DNA of 64,000 bases from assembly GCA_051942205.1 (NCBI GenBank), contig JAVECO010000064.1, forward strand, positions 1 to 64,000, given 5' to 3'. This DNA comes from Coniocarpon cinnabarinum (lineage: Eukaryota). Position 1 is the stretch's first letter. Every line of letters starts with the position of its first letter. A program made the position numbers and the translations under genes. Below, piece after piece: positions 11,950 through 22,982 of the stretch. The notes beneath the pieces were generated by a model, which was given only the letters and a program-made list of their open reading frames with translations, did no database searches and was not told where the DNA came from.

Positions 11950-13558
11950 GCTGCTGGGTTGAGAGGATTGTGGTGGTTCGCTGATGGCGAGAATATGGTT
12001 GATTGGGGTCCATGTTGCTTTCATGATTAAGTTACGTTCGTGAGACGCACTCGGTGCGTGGCGTGGCATCAGCTTGGAGTGTGTATGATTCCTTAAACGC
12101 CAAACTCAGCGTTTCTCTGTATCGCGTTGGTTTTGCAATGTATGAGAGTGCGAGGCCACTGTTCTAGTGTCTTTGAAAGCTGCCATTGGCGCTAATGCTA
12201 TCGTCTCTGGTCCATTCAGACGGGCCAATTCCCTTACACCTCTGGTACTTCCCAGCCAGAACGGCATGTTGTGCTTGCCACAAGCTCACCGAAGATCCTT
12301 GCATGGTGCTGCAGATGATGAACCAGGAAGGCTGTACAGAATAACCTTCACCTTGTTTCCCAGGGGATAACAACAAGAAGTTATATTTTGCTATCTGTTT
12401 CTTTCTTCTGTACGCACAAAAGTATTCGAGAATCGGCGTTTAAGTCCTCAATCCACTGGGTTGGCAAGTAAGTCCGACCTTGATAAATCACTGGGGGCTT
12501 AGTACTGCAGTCGGTGACGACGCGGGAAAAGACCTCTGCGTACTTTTATTGTTTTTTTCTCGTTTGTGAATCTGCTTGTGATTCTTGGCGTCTAACCCAA
12601 ATGATGATGATGAGGGGTATGTACGTGCGGAACAAAACTATCGATAGGACGGCGAGATTAATGCAGAAAGTGTACACAACTGCATGTGTAGTCAAGTAGT
12701 ACATAAATGTCTACGAAGTCCATCGATTGAGCGCGAAATGTCGGGTTTTGGAGCTCTTGGCGACACATGAAAGTCAGAAGGTCTCATGAGTGGCGGTATG
12801 CCGTGCACAATCTTCGCTTAGCTCAAGCACAGATCATATCACAAAAGAAAAGCAGGCGTACAGACGTACGAAAAGTAGAAAACTGATGGTTTCCATTCGA
12901 ATGCGTTAGAGATTTTTGAAATCTGGGTCGTGCTCAATTTTTTTGGGATTTCAGGATTGGAAGGGCTACATCGATTGAAAGTATGCACAGCAAGCTTTGT
13001 CAACTTGACAACCGTCAACTGGGGGTGATTAAATCAACTGGCGGGTCATAAACATTGAAACGGAGAGGAATCATTGACTATATGCAGGCGCTGCAAAATG
13101 TCAGAAGGCACTGCTTTTTCATTTTCGCAGGAATATCGTGAACAAGATGAATGCAATATTGCTGACGTAGTTCGAAGCGAAATTGAACGGCGGTCTGGGC
13201 TGTCTTGAGGTGGAGCGTGACAGTGTCGCGAACCACACATTGGTGATCAACAATAGGTCTGTGTTTTCATTTCGCGTCGTAAACTCAGCATCGATTCAAG
13301 GTATGTAGACGCTCTTGTGATAGCCTATCAGGCACTATCAGCGCGTGACATCTGGGAGAACAGCCTGCAACTTCATCGAAGCAGCGGCTGCCAGCATCTT
13401 CGAGGAACACAAGGACACTATCCAATTATCATGATTGCTGTCGAGAACACGGCCCACAGTCACTGGACGCGACCTTTCATAGACATGCTCGTAAGACGTG
13501 GGCCGGCAATGGCCTTTCATAAGCGCGATACAAAGAGGAACTTGAGCTGTTCACTCAC

Positions 13559-14456
13559 CTAACCCGTCTTCTGCCACACACTCCATATCCCAATCGCACT
13601 ACTACAAACTCCCGCCAATCCAACTAACCCATCATCGAGCACCCCGCCACCCCAACCCAGCCCATATACAGGCACACTCAAATCACATACATCACTCAAT
13701 AATTGCAACCTCACCGCACTCCGCTCTCTCTCCACCCTCTTGCTCTCCACAACGCCCTCCCCCTCCTTCCGATCAATCCCTCTCTCCCGCTGGCCTAGCC
13801 TCACCAACTGATACAGCCCCGCAACAACATTACAGGTCAAACCCGCAAACCAAGCGCGATACGCCCTCTCTTGCCATCGGGCTGCATTGCTCTTTTCAAA
13901 CGTTTGAATTCCTGTGGCGTGTATGAAGTGCACATTATCGCTGAACATGTAGCCTGCGTAGCCGAGCTGTCGTCCGATTGCGCAGAAGCGTAATATGGGG
14001 TCGAGTGCGCTGGGCTTGGCGTCGTAGGCTTGGGCCGCGGCTTTGAGGTGTTCGACGCTTTTGCCTAGGCGGAGAGATTTGCGGATTAGGCCGAAGTGCT
14101 TTTTTAGGGCTTCGAAGGGAGCGATGCTGGAGGGAGGATTGTTGGTGCGGTAGCTGGGGTCTGTTAGTCTAGTGACTAGGTGCAGTGTTGGATATGTAAG
14201 ATGTCGCATCGTCCGGACTTGGAAGACCGGATGAAAGGATTGGATGAGCGGGATGGTGGTGGGATGGAATGAGGGGTGGGTATTTATGGTGGAAGTCAGA
14301 ATCATTTGCGGAGAAGGGGGGGACATACAGATACCACGCATAGAATCGTGCAAAATACTGAAGCAATCGCATCACCTTGTCGCGGCCCACCGTCGTCGCC
14401 ACAAACTTGAGGTAGTGGGACACGGTGGGGTGGTAGATGACGGCGTCGGCGACCAT
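13559..14456 (-). CDS. PEX11: Peroxisomal biogenesis factor 11
   Basis: MVADAVIYHPTVSHYLKFVATTVGRDKVMRLLQYFARFYAWYL. Intron 14154-14328 (GTATGT...CTAAC...CCAG). Then RKSLRLGK, QLLSDVCDL and DDGLVGLAGVCSSAIG. Confidence 0.95.
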
Positions 14457-14630
14457 TGTGATGGTTTCTGTTGTTCAGTGATCTCAAAAAGGTATGTGAA
14501 CGGTAGATAGTCAAGTCTGATAGATCCAAAATAGGTCTACGAAAGAAGGAAAGGGCCTGACTGCCCGCAGTGGAGTGTCACAAGCTGCACGTGCTGTCGT
14601 AAGTTGGGATGAGGTGAGGTTGGAGATGTA

Positions 14631-14636
14631 CCGAGG
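14631..14636 (-). promoter_or_regulatory. CCTCGG motif (FarA/FarB-type fatty-acid induction element) upstream of PEX11
   Basis: CCGAGG on + (CCTCGG on -), about 175 bp upstream of the PEX11 ATG. CCTCGG is the established FarA/FarB core in filamentous-ascomycete peroxisomal genes. Confidence 0.55.
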
Positions 14637-16588
14637 CTCCAGAGCTTATCGATATCGGAGAGAGAGGCTCCCTGCTATCTACGATATTTATTGTGGACTC
14701 TAGTTTATGTGAACAATATAATCGTTATAGGGCTGCCCGACCCAGGGGTCTGTTTCTTTCGCAAAATATTATTGTTTGCAGTAATATATCATATATTCTT
14801 CAATTCAGACCCAGTGGAGTCCTACTGCGGTCATAACGAATGTCGCTTCGAGGCTACAGTTGCAAAAACGAACGTTGCGACACATGCTGGACCTCTATGA
14901 ACTATCCAACATGCTGTGACTGACAACGTGTGAGACTTCAACCCGGACTCTCAACTGTCACCAACTAGGGCGGAACGAGAACGGCAACCAGGGCGCGGAC
15001 CGTATTGCAAAACCCTTACTCTTGTACCTTCAAACGTGTGAGTGAGCTGCTCGTTGTCCAAGATCATGACCATCTATTCACACTTCGAGATGTATGTGTA
15101 CGGGCTCAGAATGACGATGGAATATAATGCTACCGATCAGGCATGCTTGACGCAGCCTGTGGGCCATTTTCATTTCCAGATTCATCGCAGGCATCTGCTT
15201 ACGCGCTTTCGCGTAAATCAAGCGCATTACAGCTAGAAGACAAGCTTTCCAGATTGGATCACCGCCACTTCACAACATTTGTACCCAGTTTCTCCAAAAT
15301 TGGTGCGGTCTCTGCTCAATACATCTCGAGAACGTCGCATGCTGACTTTCTCATGCCTGCAACTACCTTCTGTACATTATTTGCTACTATTGCCTCGGAG
15401 AACATCCTTCGTGATGATCTCAACCTTTCCAGAGGTCCTGTCGGTGGAACCTTGTTGCGAAAATTGCTGGCCCAAGTTCACTGTTTCAGCAACGCCACTT
15501 CTTGCACCGACACTTGATATCAGATGATCACGTTCCTGTGCCCCCCCCCCCTCCATAAACTCCCCGTTGGCTTGCCAAAAGTATTTTCGTACTTAAGGAG
15601 TTTTCTCACGTGTACCACAGGTGCATGAGCCATGGAAGCGGCGTAGTTGCTTGAAGCCCAGAATCGCAAGCATTCCTATGGATCCCCCTTGCATCGCGGC
15701 ATTGTCCGATGCAAGTGACCGGAAATGGACTGCCCCCTCTCCTGATTCTGATATCTGCATAGAGACATACAGCGGCTAGATAGGTTGACTCTCTCACACC
15801 TCCAACGCCTTTAATTGCTCGTCACTGTGAATAATGGCCAGACTTATGCATCTCACTCACCGGTGAATACGGTATATCAGCGACATGTCTAAAGTTCGCA
15901 AAGCGTAATCTAAGCACATTTCTGCGATCGGTTCAAGGTCCAACATTCTAGATTGGGTGGCCGTGACAGAAACTATATGAAGCGCTTTTTGAAATACTGA
16001 CGCGTCTTATGTGCTTTTCTCATATCACAAACAAGGATGAGCAAATTTATCTGATTATGCTGCCAGGTAAGACTGCTTCCGAATCTTGAATCACGAGGCA
16101 AGAATGCTTAAAAGTTCTACTGGACGCGTCTAGATGCTCAAGGTTCTCGTCCCTCCGCTTAACTACCAAAGAGGCCAGGCTGCGTGTCAGCCGAAAACGA
16201 CCGACATGGTCGAAACCCTCGATTGACGCTTTTCTTCGACATCCACTCCGCATGCATTTGAAAACGAAACCATCAATCAAAAATGTTCGGACTGATATCG
16301 CTTGGGGTAGATCGCGTAGCGAAAGCCTCAAGTTTACTCTGATGACTTACAGACAAGATCCATCATTTTCCCTGCCCTCTGTTCAACGCGTTTCACACTC
16401 TCTTGACACCTACAAAGTCCTTGAGTGCTCCTATCACCGACTTTCGCTCGGGCTTGCTTTGCAGAAGCTCTTTATCAAGGTCCTAAAACTTGACTTCGCG
16501 TTCTGAGTGAACTTCGCAGCGTTGATGGAGTGCTTACGTCGCTGCCATCAAAGCGATCAGCTACACACCCAAAGCAGCCGCTGATTGC

Positions 16589-17467
16589 TCATTGACTGAC
16601 ATGCCGATGTTGACGAGGTTCAGAATGGCCCGGCTTGGGCCTTTTCATCATGAGGATGGCCGACTTAGGTCCATACTCGTAACACGCTTTTTCCAAGAGC
16701 GGATGCCTCACATGCGGGTCGTTTGAACACTTCAACGCACTCATATCAAACGTCCAAGTCATGACCGTCTCGAAGCCAAATTTGATGTAAAGGGGAGCCC
16801 CCATCTCACTAGCCTCGCACCAGCACTCGAGATTCACCTCCTGAGCTCGTGCCAGTCCCCAGTCCATCAGAAGGCTCCCAACGCCTTGTCCGCGATATGG
16901 TGGCAGGACCGCCATCGAATACAGAGCTTGAGATTAATAACCACGTGAGCCCCGAGGCTAATCATGCAGGAGTCTGGAACGTCTCACCGGCGTGGGGACC
17001 CTGCATCAACTGTTGCTTGGGAGCGTGATATTGACGCAGGAATTCGTTGGCGAAGTCGCGGTACGGACCTTCGGGCCACTGCTCGGCTTCTGGACGCTCG
17101 GTTGCGGCAGCAGAAGGGGGACTCTCTGTATACACGACCCACTGTGCACCGCCGATGATACGACCGGTGTTCGCGTCGGTCGCGTACAGCCAGTTGCTTG
17201 CTGGTGACGATGCGTGTTTCGTCCAGCGTCGATCCTGGTCAGCTTTTATGCTTCGTCGGTGCTCAGTTTCCGTGTAGCCAAGCAGCGGGTGAAAGATGTT
17301 GTATATGGCCCTGAACTTCACATGTCAGCCACATCGAGGGAAGATCAATGCGTGGGCGATCTCATTTCACGATACTGGTACGGATGGTAGAATGATTCCC
17401 AGATGACTTCGGTGAGCTGGTCTAGCTCCTCTTTGGTTGATACGCGACGTATGGCAAACTTTGCCAT
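16589..17467 (-). CDS. GNAT family N-acetyltransferase
   Basis: ATG 17467 (MAKFAIRRVSTKEELDQLTEVIWESF). Two introns near 17311-17381 and 16928-16988. GRIIGGAQW, acetyl-CoA motif MAVLPPYRGQGVGSLLMDWG, and EASEMGAPLYIKFGF. Confidence 0.88.
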
Positions 17468-17762
17468 CGCCAGTATCGAGGTACGTGTTCGAGGTATGAG
17501 TTATACATGCAGGAAGCTGTGGGCGGGGTAGTTATTAGGCAAGCGCCACGTCAGCAATCCCAAGGTTGATGCCAATAAGTGGGTTCTGATTCACGCGTGT
17601 ATTCGCACTTGAAATTTCTAGGCGTCACTCACGCGCAAGAATCAATGCGCCAGCTCAAGACCAATACAAGAAAGCATCATCGCCAGCGTGGTCTGAGAAA
17701 TTTCGAAGATACAGGCCTTACAGTGGTCTCGCGAACAGCAGTTCAGAGTATCTAAAGCCAAT

Positions 17763-18749
17763 CTATACCCCCGGCGTCCGATTCAAGCCGCTATTATCAA
17801 AGACGAGATTATGGCCATGAATGTCGAAGTACCTCTGCATAGTCAGATAATATTGTGAACCGGGCTTGCAGAAGCCGAAGCGCTCGATGACGGCTTCAGG
17901 TGCGATGTGCGGCCAATCCACGATCTGTGCGTAACATGCGTCCCGTTCCGGCGCCTTTGCCCATTTACCCAGGCGGTTAAGGTCTTTGCACTGTCGTTGC
18001 TGGTTGTCGCCTACAGAGAACTCGCGCTCGCTGACGGCCATGGGCATGTCATCGCCGTAGCACGCGAGGTCCGAGCGGAGCATGTTCAGGCAGTGGTAGA
18101 CGTGTCGTGCAGGGATGTTATGTCCTCCTTTGCCTTTCTCGTGATCGCTGAAGGCTTTGTGCATGATTTTCTGCGCGCGAAACCACGTATTAGCTGTGCA
18201 GATATCGCACATGTTCCTGCTGGCACCTTGGAAACGTACCATGCAGTGGAGCTGATGGTATACTTTCAAATAGTACACTTGCTTCCTGGGATCCCACGGA
18301 AATTTGGCAGAAGTTGGGAGACTCCTCTCAGCTGCCCACTCGGGAAACACAGCTATCGCAATAGGGTCAATGTCCATTCCATACCATAACTCGTCTGAAC
18401 GCGTTTCGTTGTTCCCCCACCACTCGTTAAAATAGTGGTAGGTTCGCTGTACGTCGTATGGTAGACTAGCTATTGCTGGCTATCAGCGCACGATGCTTCT
18501 CTGTCTGTCGACGCACTCACAATACGAAATTTGTATTGAATTGTGTGCAATTGAGGGCGGGTGCTCTGAGCATCTAGGAGACGTGCGGAGAATAATGACA
18601 AAGACATTGAGAGCTGCTGAGGCAATCAGAGCGCACCATAGCACGACATTGCGCCAGTGATATCTGTGGTTGGCACGCAAGGACACTCGCTCGTCCCAGG
18701 TCTGCTCGGGGTCTCCTGACCTGTCCAGGATGAGGTCATATTTTGTCAT
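17763..18749 (-). CDS. DUF3328 / UstYa-family oxidase (N-terminal TM helix, two HxxHC motifs)
   Basis: ATG 18749. TM segment NVVLWCALIASAALNVFVIIL. Introns 18470-18520 and 18171-18239. VYHQLHCM and HVYHCLNMLRSDLACYGDD, followed by QQRQCKDLNRLGKWA. Confidence 0.9.
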
Positions 18750-19366
18750 ATTGCCTTCACGAAGTCCGAAGCAGAACCCGATTCTTGACCGCGATGCTGA
18801 GTATTTCATTCCAATGAACAGACTGCAGCGTTCGCAAAGACTTCCAAGGAGAGGTAGCTTGGTAGAAAAGACCACTGCAGCTGAACACTAGCGCGCTGAG
18901 ATAGAATGAAAACGGGCACATGGAATGGGACAACGTCCCTGACTGGGTCGATAAGAGATGTAGTAGGCAGCATCGTAGACTTGATATCGTCCAGGGTAGC
19001 TGCAGGTCCACTGTAGCGCTGACCTGTGAGCCTCAGCAGTCGTCCTCTTGCATGATGCAGGCTCCAAAGTCTGGCACAGGAGCTGCATTCCGTCATGCGC
19101 CTTGATTCTCGGAGGATTCTGCGCTTGCCTTAGCGGATTACAGGGGTTCGTAGGAAAGGATATCGCACATATGAGTAGGATATCTCAGTTCGGTCACGCC
19201 TGAACATTAAGCGGTCATTCATCTGCCAGCGATCCTCATCAGCTAGTCTCGCCCTTTCACCTAGTATTCGTCGACGGTATCAGCTCCACACGTCAAGTAA
19301 GTTGTTACCCCGGTCAAAAATATTCATCTAAGCATCGATCAGATATCGTTCACTTGCGTATCCACG

Positions 19367-19534
19367 ATGCGTCTTGTCGCCATGAAGGTAGCGCTGGGAT
19401 TGCTGTTTGTCTCGATCTGTGCAGCATTGCCCACGGTTTCGAACACCATTCGATCACCAACAGAAGACATGGATCCGAACAAGATTTACACCGACGTCGA
19501 AGCTGGAGTGCCCGTTCCACAGTCGGTGGCGTGA
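19367..19534 (+). CDS. Small secreted peptide (55 aa), candidate RiPP precursor; below the ORF-track cutoff
   Basis: MRLVAMKVALGLLFVSICAALPTVSNTIRSPTEDMDPNKIYTDVEAGVPVPQSVA*. Basic n-region, hydrophobic h-region and CAA|LP cleavage. Second in-frame ATG at 19382. Divergent from the DUF3328 gene. Possible 5'UTR intron 19297-19342 (GTAAGT...ATCAG). Confidence 0.7.
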   Translation: MRLVAMKVALGLLFVSICAALPTVSNTIRSPTEDMDPNKIYTDVEAGVPVPQSVA

Positions 19535-19828
19535 TGCAAAGGGATTGTCAGCATGGACGACGACTTTGGGGGGTTCTCGAGACCCTCACGATCACATCAC
19601 GTCTCCGTGCGGGTACGCTGCAGAAGTTGCTGTTCTGGACGATCGATGGGGAAGTCCACTTTAGTCAAACTGTCTTTTCCGCTTCTCTATACGGTGAACG
19701 AGGCTCTGTTCTCTATTAGCTACACACATTTACTTGAGAATGGCTATCATTGAATGTGCTGACTTTGTGTGGCTCTGTGATTTGCCGTCAGCATGCCATG
19801 CCTGTCCTACAGCCACGTCGCTCTATTT

Positions 19829-21089
19829 TCACGCTTTTTGCCCTCCCGTTTGGACCAAAAACGCTCTCGAGTCGTTACTGCTTTTCCGTCGACCAACATT
19901 GTCTGTAAGAGGGGGAGTAGCGACGGTCGACGGTGTCAAGTCCCTGCTACGGCTCGCGTTTTCAGGCGGGATGCTATTCGTGGTCGTGTACGAATCTTGG
20001 CGTTTGCTGCTATCGCCATGCTTGGTGAGGTCCGTCAAGATGAAAGAGCCAGACTCTGGGTTCCGAAAACCGTGACTAAGGTCCGCATAGTTGAGACCTC
20101 GCCTGCGCATCTCGTCACTGCGCAGCATCCCCGACGGAAAGGCTGCAAAGAATTGTCGCAAGTAGGGGACGCATGCAGAGACAATCGAGCAGCACTGCAT
20201 CACCTGACTTGTCAGGTACCAGGACCAGCTTGTGTTGATGGCATCGCTAGAGCGTAGTGTAGAGTCTAAGCAGAGCAATGCAATGTTTGCTGCAATGTCG
20301 ATGATACGAGCACTGAAGCAGCTGGCTATTACCATCTTCTTATCAAAAGCCATGTTGACTCGGGAGACGTAGTAGATTGGCAGCAGTATAATCGTCACGT
20401 TGTTGAAAATATTCACAATACCGAAAGCTAGCCAGAACGCAGACTGGGGTCGCGAATTAATTGAGGGTTGAAAGCCAGAGTGCAAGGCTCTCACCTGGTC
20501 GATGCAATTTGAGGGAACAGGATTGTGCCAAACCCTTGGCGTCTTGCACTGAAACAAGACGACAAACGCAAATGCGACCAAGGACGTTGTAATCCATACT
20601 GCGAGTGTAAGGCTCGAAGCTCGCTGATGCTTGGTGATGAACAATTTGCCAATTAGACTGAGGAGGGACAATTTGGAGACTCCGGTACTGAGTATGCAAA
20701 ACAGTTGCGTAGCGTAGCAAGCCTTCCCACGTCAGCGCTATCCGTCATGCACTAGAGGGGCTCCAACATCTCTCCAACCTTGTAGAAAACCTCAATATCT
20801 GCATTTGACCCGACTTTGACATGCCCAAAGGCATGCTGCGCGGCTATGGAAACAGATACACAAGACCCGACACTGAATGTCTATTGCAAGTTAGTGAGCT
20901 GCTGTTTTTGCTTCTGCTTTGTTGTAGAGCTGTGCGGAGAAATACAAGAGCCAGCAGGATCAAGCCGTCATCGAGGCCATAACTCTTGTTATCCGAGCGT
21001 TTAATCATGAAACGGGTAGCGATGGCAGCCCCTGACGCAATTTGCAGAAACCACGTGACGATTCGCACGGCGGGCGCGTGGTCCTCCAT
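19829..21089 (-). CDS. PTH11-like / rhodopsin-domain integral membrane protein without CFEM domain
   Basis: VRIVTWFLQIASGAAIATRF...GLDDGLILLAL, LFQCKTPRVW, FGIVNIFNNVTIILLPIYYVSRVNMAFDKK, CSIVSACVPYLRQFF. Several short introns and a Ser/Thr-rich cytoplasmic tail. Confidence 0.82.
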
Positions 21090-22982
21090 GATGGATATGA
21101 TCTGGAAAGTCGGGTGGAAATAGGGGAGCTAGTCTTTTTCAACAACGAGCAGCCCAGGGCCACGTTTCCCCAAACGCTGTGGCGGCCGCATTTGGGGGAG
21201 CCAAGATTCCGGATGCTTGAGGCGACCGGATCCGCTCAAGAACTTCTATGAGCCTACGTGCAATTATGTGTGTAAGCGCACACCCATGAATGCGAGATTG
21301 CTTGTCTCGTGCGGTGAAGGGAGGTTCGCGCAAGGATGAGTATCGACTCTCGGTGCCTCTTGGTGATGGGGACTTGCTGTATCCATGGTGTGACAGCTGG
21401 ACGAATAGCGTTTGAGCAATGCGCCCGTTTACTAAGATAGATGTGATTTGTACCGAGAGATAAGCGTCAAGGACTTTCCAATTTTCAGTTTTGTGGGCAG
21501 CTATACCAACACGCTCGTCTGAAGGTCAGATCACGGTCGAGCCCAGGGAGCAAGACACACGTACCGAGCGTGAAGGTCCAGGAAGGGGAGGGCACGGACA
21601 TGACTAGATTTCCACAATTGGTGGATCATCTCAGCAATTTCCTACGCCTCGCTGATCACCTCCGTCGGCTCACGGTTGGGCCTGTAGATTTCTGCGCAAA
21701 GGGCGACGAGAGTCACAGCTGACGTGATGTCTCACACGGGCAGCCACGCGCATCACCTCGTGCGTACGAAGTATTGTAGCAGGATTTCCATCCCGAACCC
21801 TCGGTCCTACACGCAATCTCGTCGGCCAATGGCCATGGCAGATAAGAGAGCGCCTTCGGTGATCGACGCGCGGACGTCAGGGAAGCGGTCATGGACACGG
21901 TCCAGCTCGATAGAGCCTGTAGCGTGCGTGCGTCGTGCCGCAGGGATCAGCCGCTGCCCCACATCGCCGCGTGCATGCAGCGTGCTTGAGTCACAATCAT
22001 GTCTCGCCGAGCTCACTTCATCGAGCGCAGCGTCGCAGATGTTCTGCGCTCCTCGTGGCTCCTTGCTGCTTCCTTACCGGCGCGAATCTTTCTCAGTCCA
22101 GTCGTTGTCCTTCTTCAAAGATGCATAGTGTTGACGAACTTCTCTGAAATGTTTTCTGAGGTCAATGAGTCGTGTTCATAGAACATAAGAAAACCACGGA
22201 GCATACAGTAGTCGTTCCAGTCCCGCGGCGAACAGGGCAGGGTAGCCAATCACCAGGAGCCAGCGAGTGAGCAATAGGGGAAGCTGGTCATTCACCTCAG
22301 CATCCTCCACTTTATCCTCGTCCACCGGAGTCAGCCGCGGACTTGCTACAGCGCATCCTGGAACGCCGCTCTTCTTCCGCGGGCGGAGTGTGAACGAACG
22401 GTAACTCATGCAGGAAGCGGGCCTCTGCGTCGGTCCGCCTGCAGCTTATCGTTGCTCGCCTGCTCTTGCATCACTGCTGATCTCGAGCTCCATCGGTTGC
22501 CTTTTCAGACCTGCTCCATGCATGGCTGCTGCCGGCTGTGGATGGATTTCAAAGTGCCGTGCAGTAGTCGCTCCGCGATGGCGTTCTGCTCGCCGTTCGA
22601 ACGCGGCTGGGGGCGTTTTATCCGCTGCGGGACGCCTTGATCGACGTGTGCACTTGAGCGCGTGGTGAGAGCACCTTTGAGCGTCGAAGTATAGGATGAG
22701 ACATGATGACACTCGCAACAGGGATAGCCGTTGGAGCAAGGATCGCGTGAGGTGCCGCTGCTGCTTCTGGCTTCCAGTCCGCTCATGCAACTGTTCCGCC
22801 TTTGCAGCAGTGAAGACGTAGGGGTTGCAGAGCCGTCTCGTCATTCGTCTTGCCTCTCGTCCACCATGTAATGCTGGATTCCTTGTCCCTTGAGAAATCG
22901 GGTGCGGCGTACTGAGCCCATACTGTCGTTGATCGTCGAGCTACTAAGAAGTTGCGAACCTATTCGCTTCTGACCGTTGAGC

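Noticed and set aside
14700..16500. Short ORFs and a C-run (~15540-15551) between PEX11 and the GNAT gene
   Set aside because: No signal peptides, repeats or recognisable domains; treated as intergenic.
21500..22900. GC-rich stretch with many overlapping short ORFs upstream of the permease
   Set aside because: No family motif, consistent frame or splice pattern could be recognised. It may be a decayed gene, but that needs a tBLASTx search.
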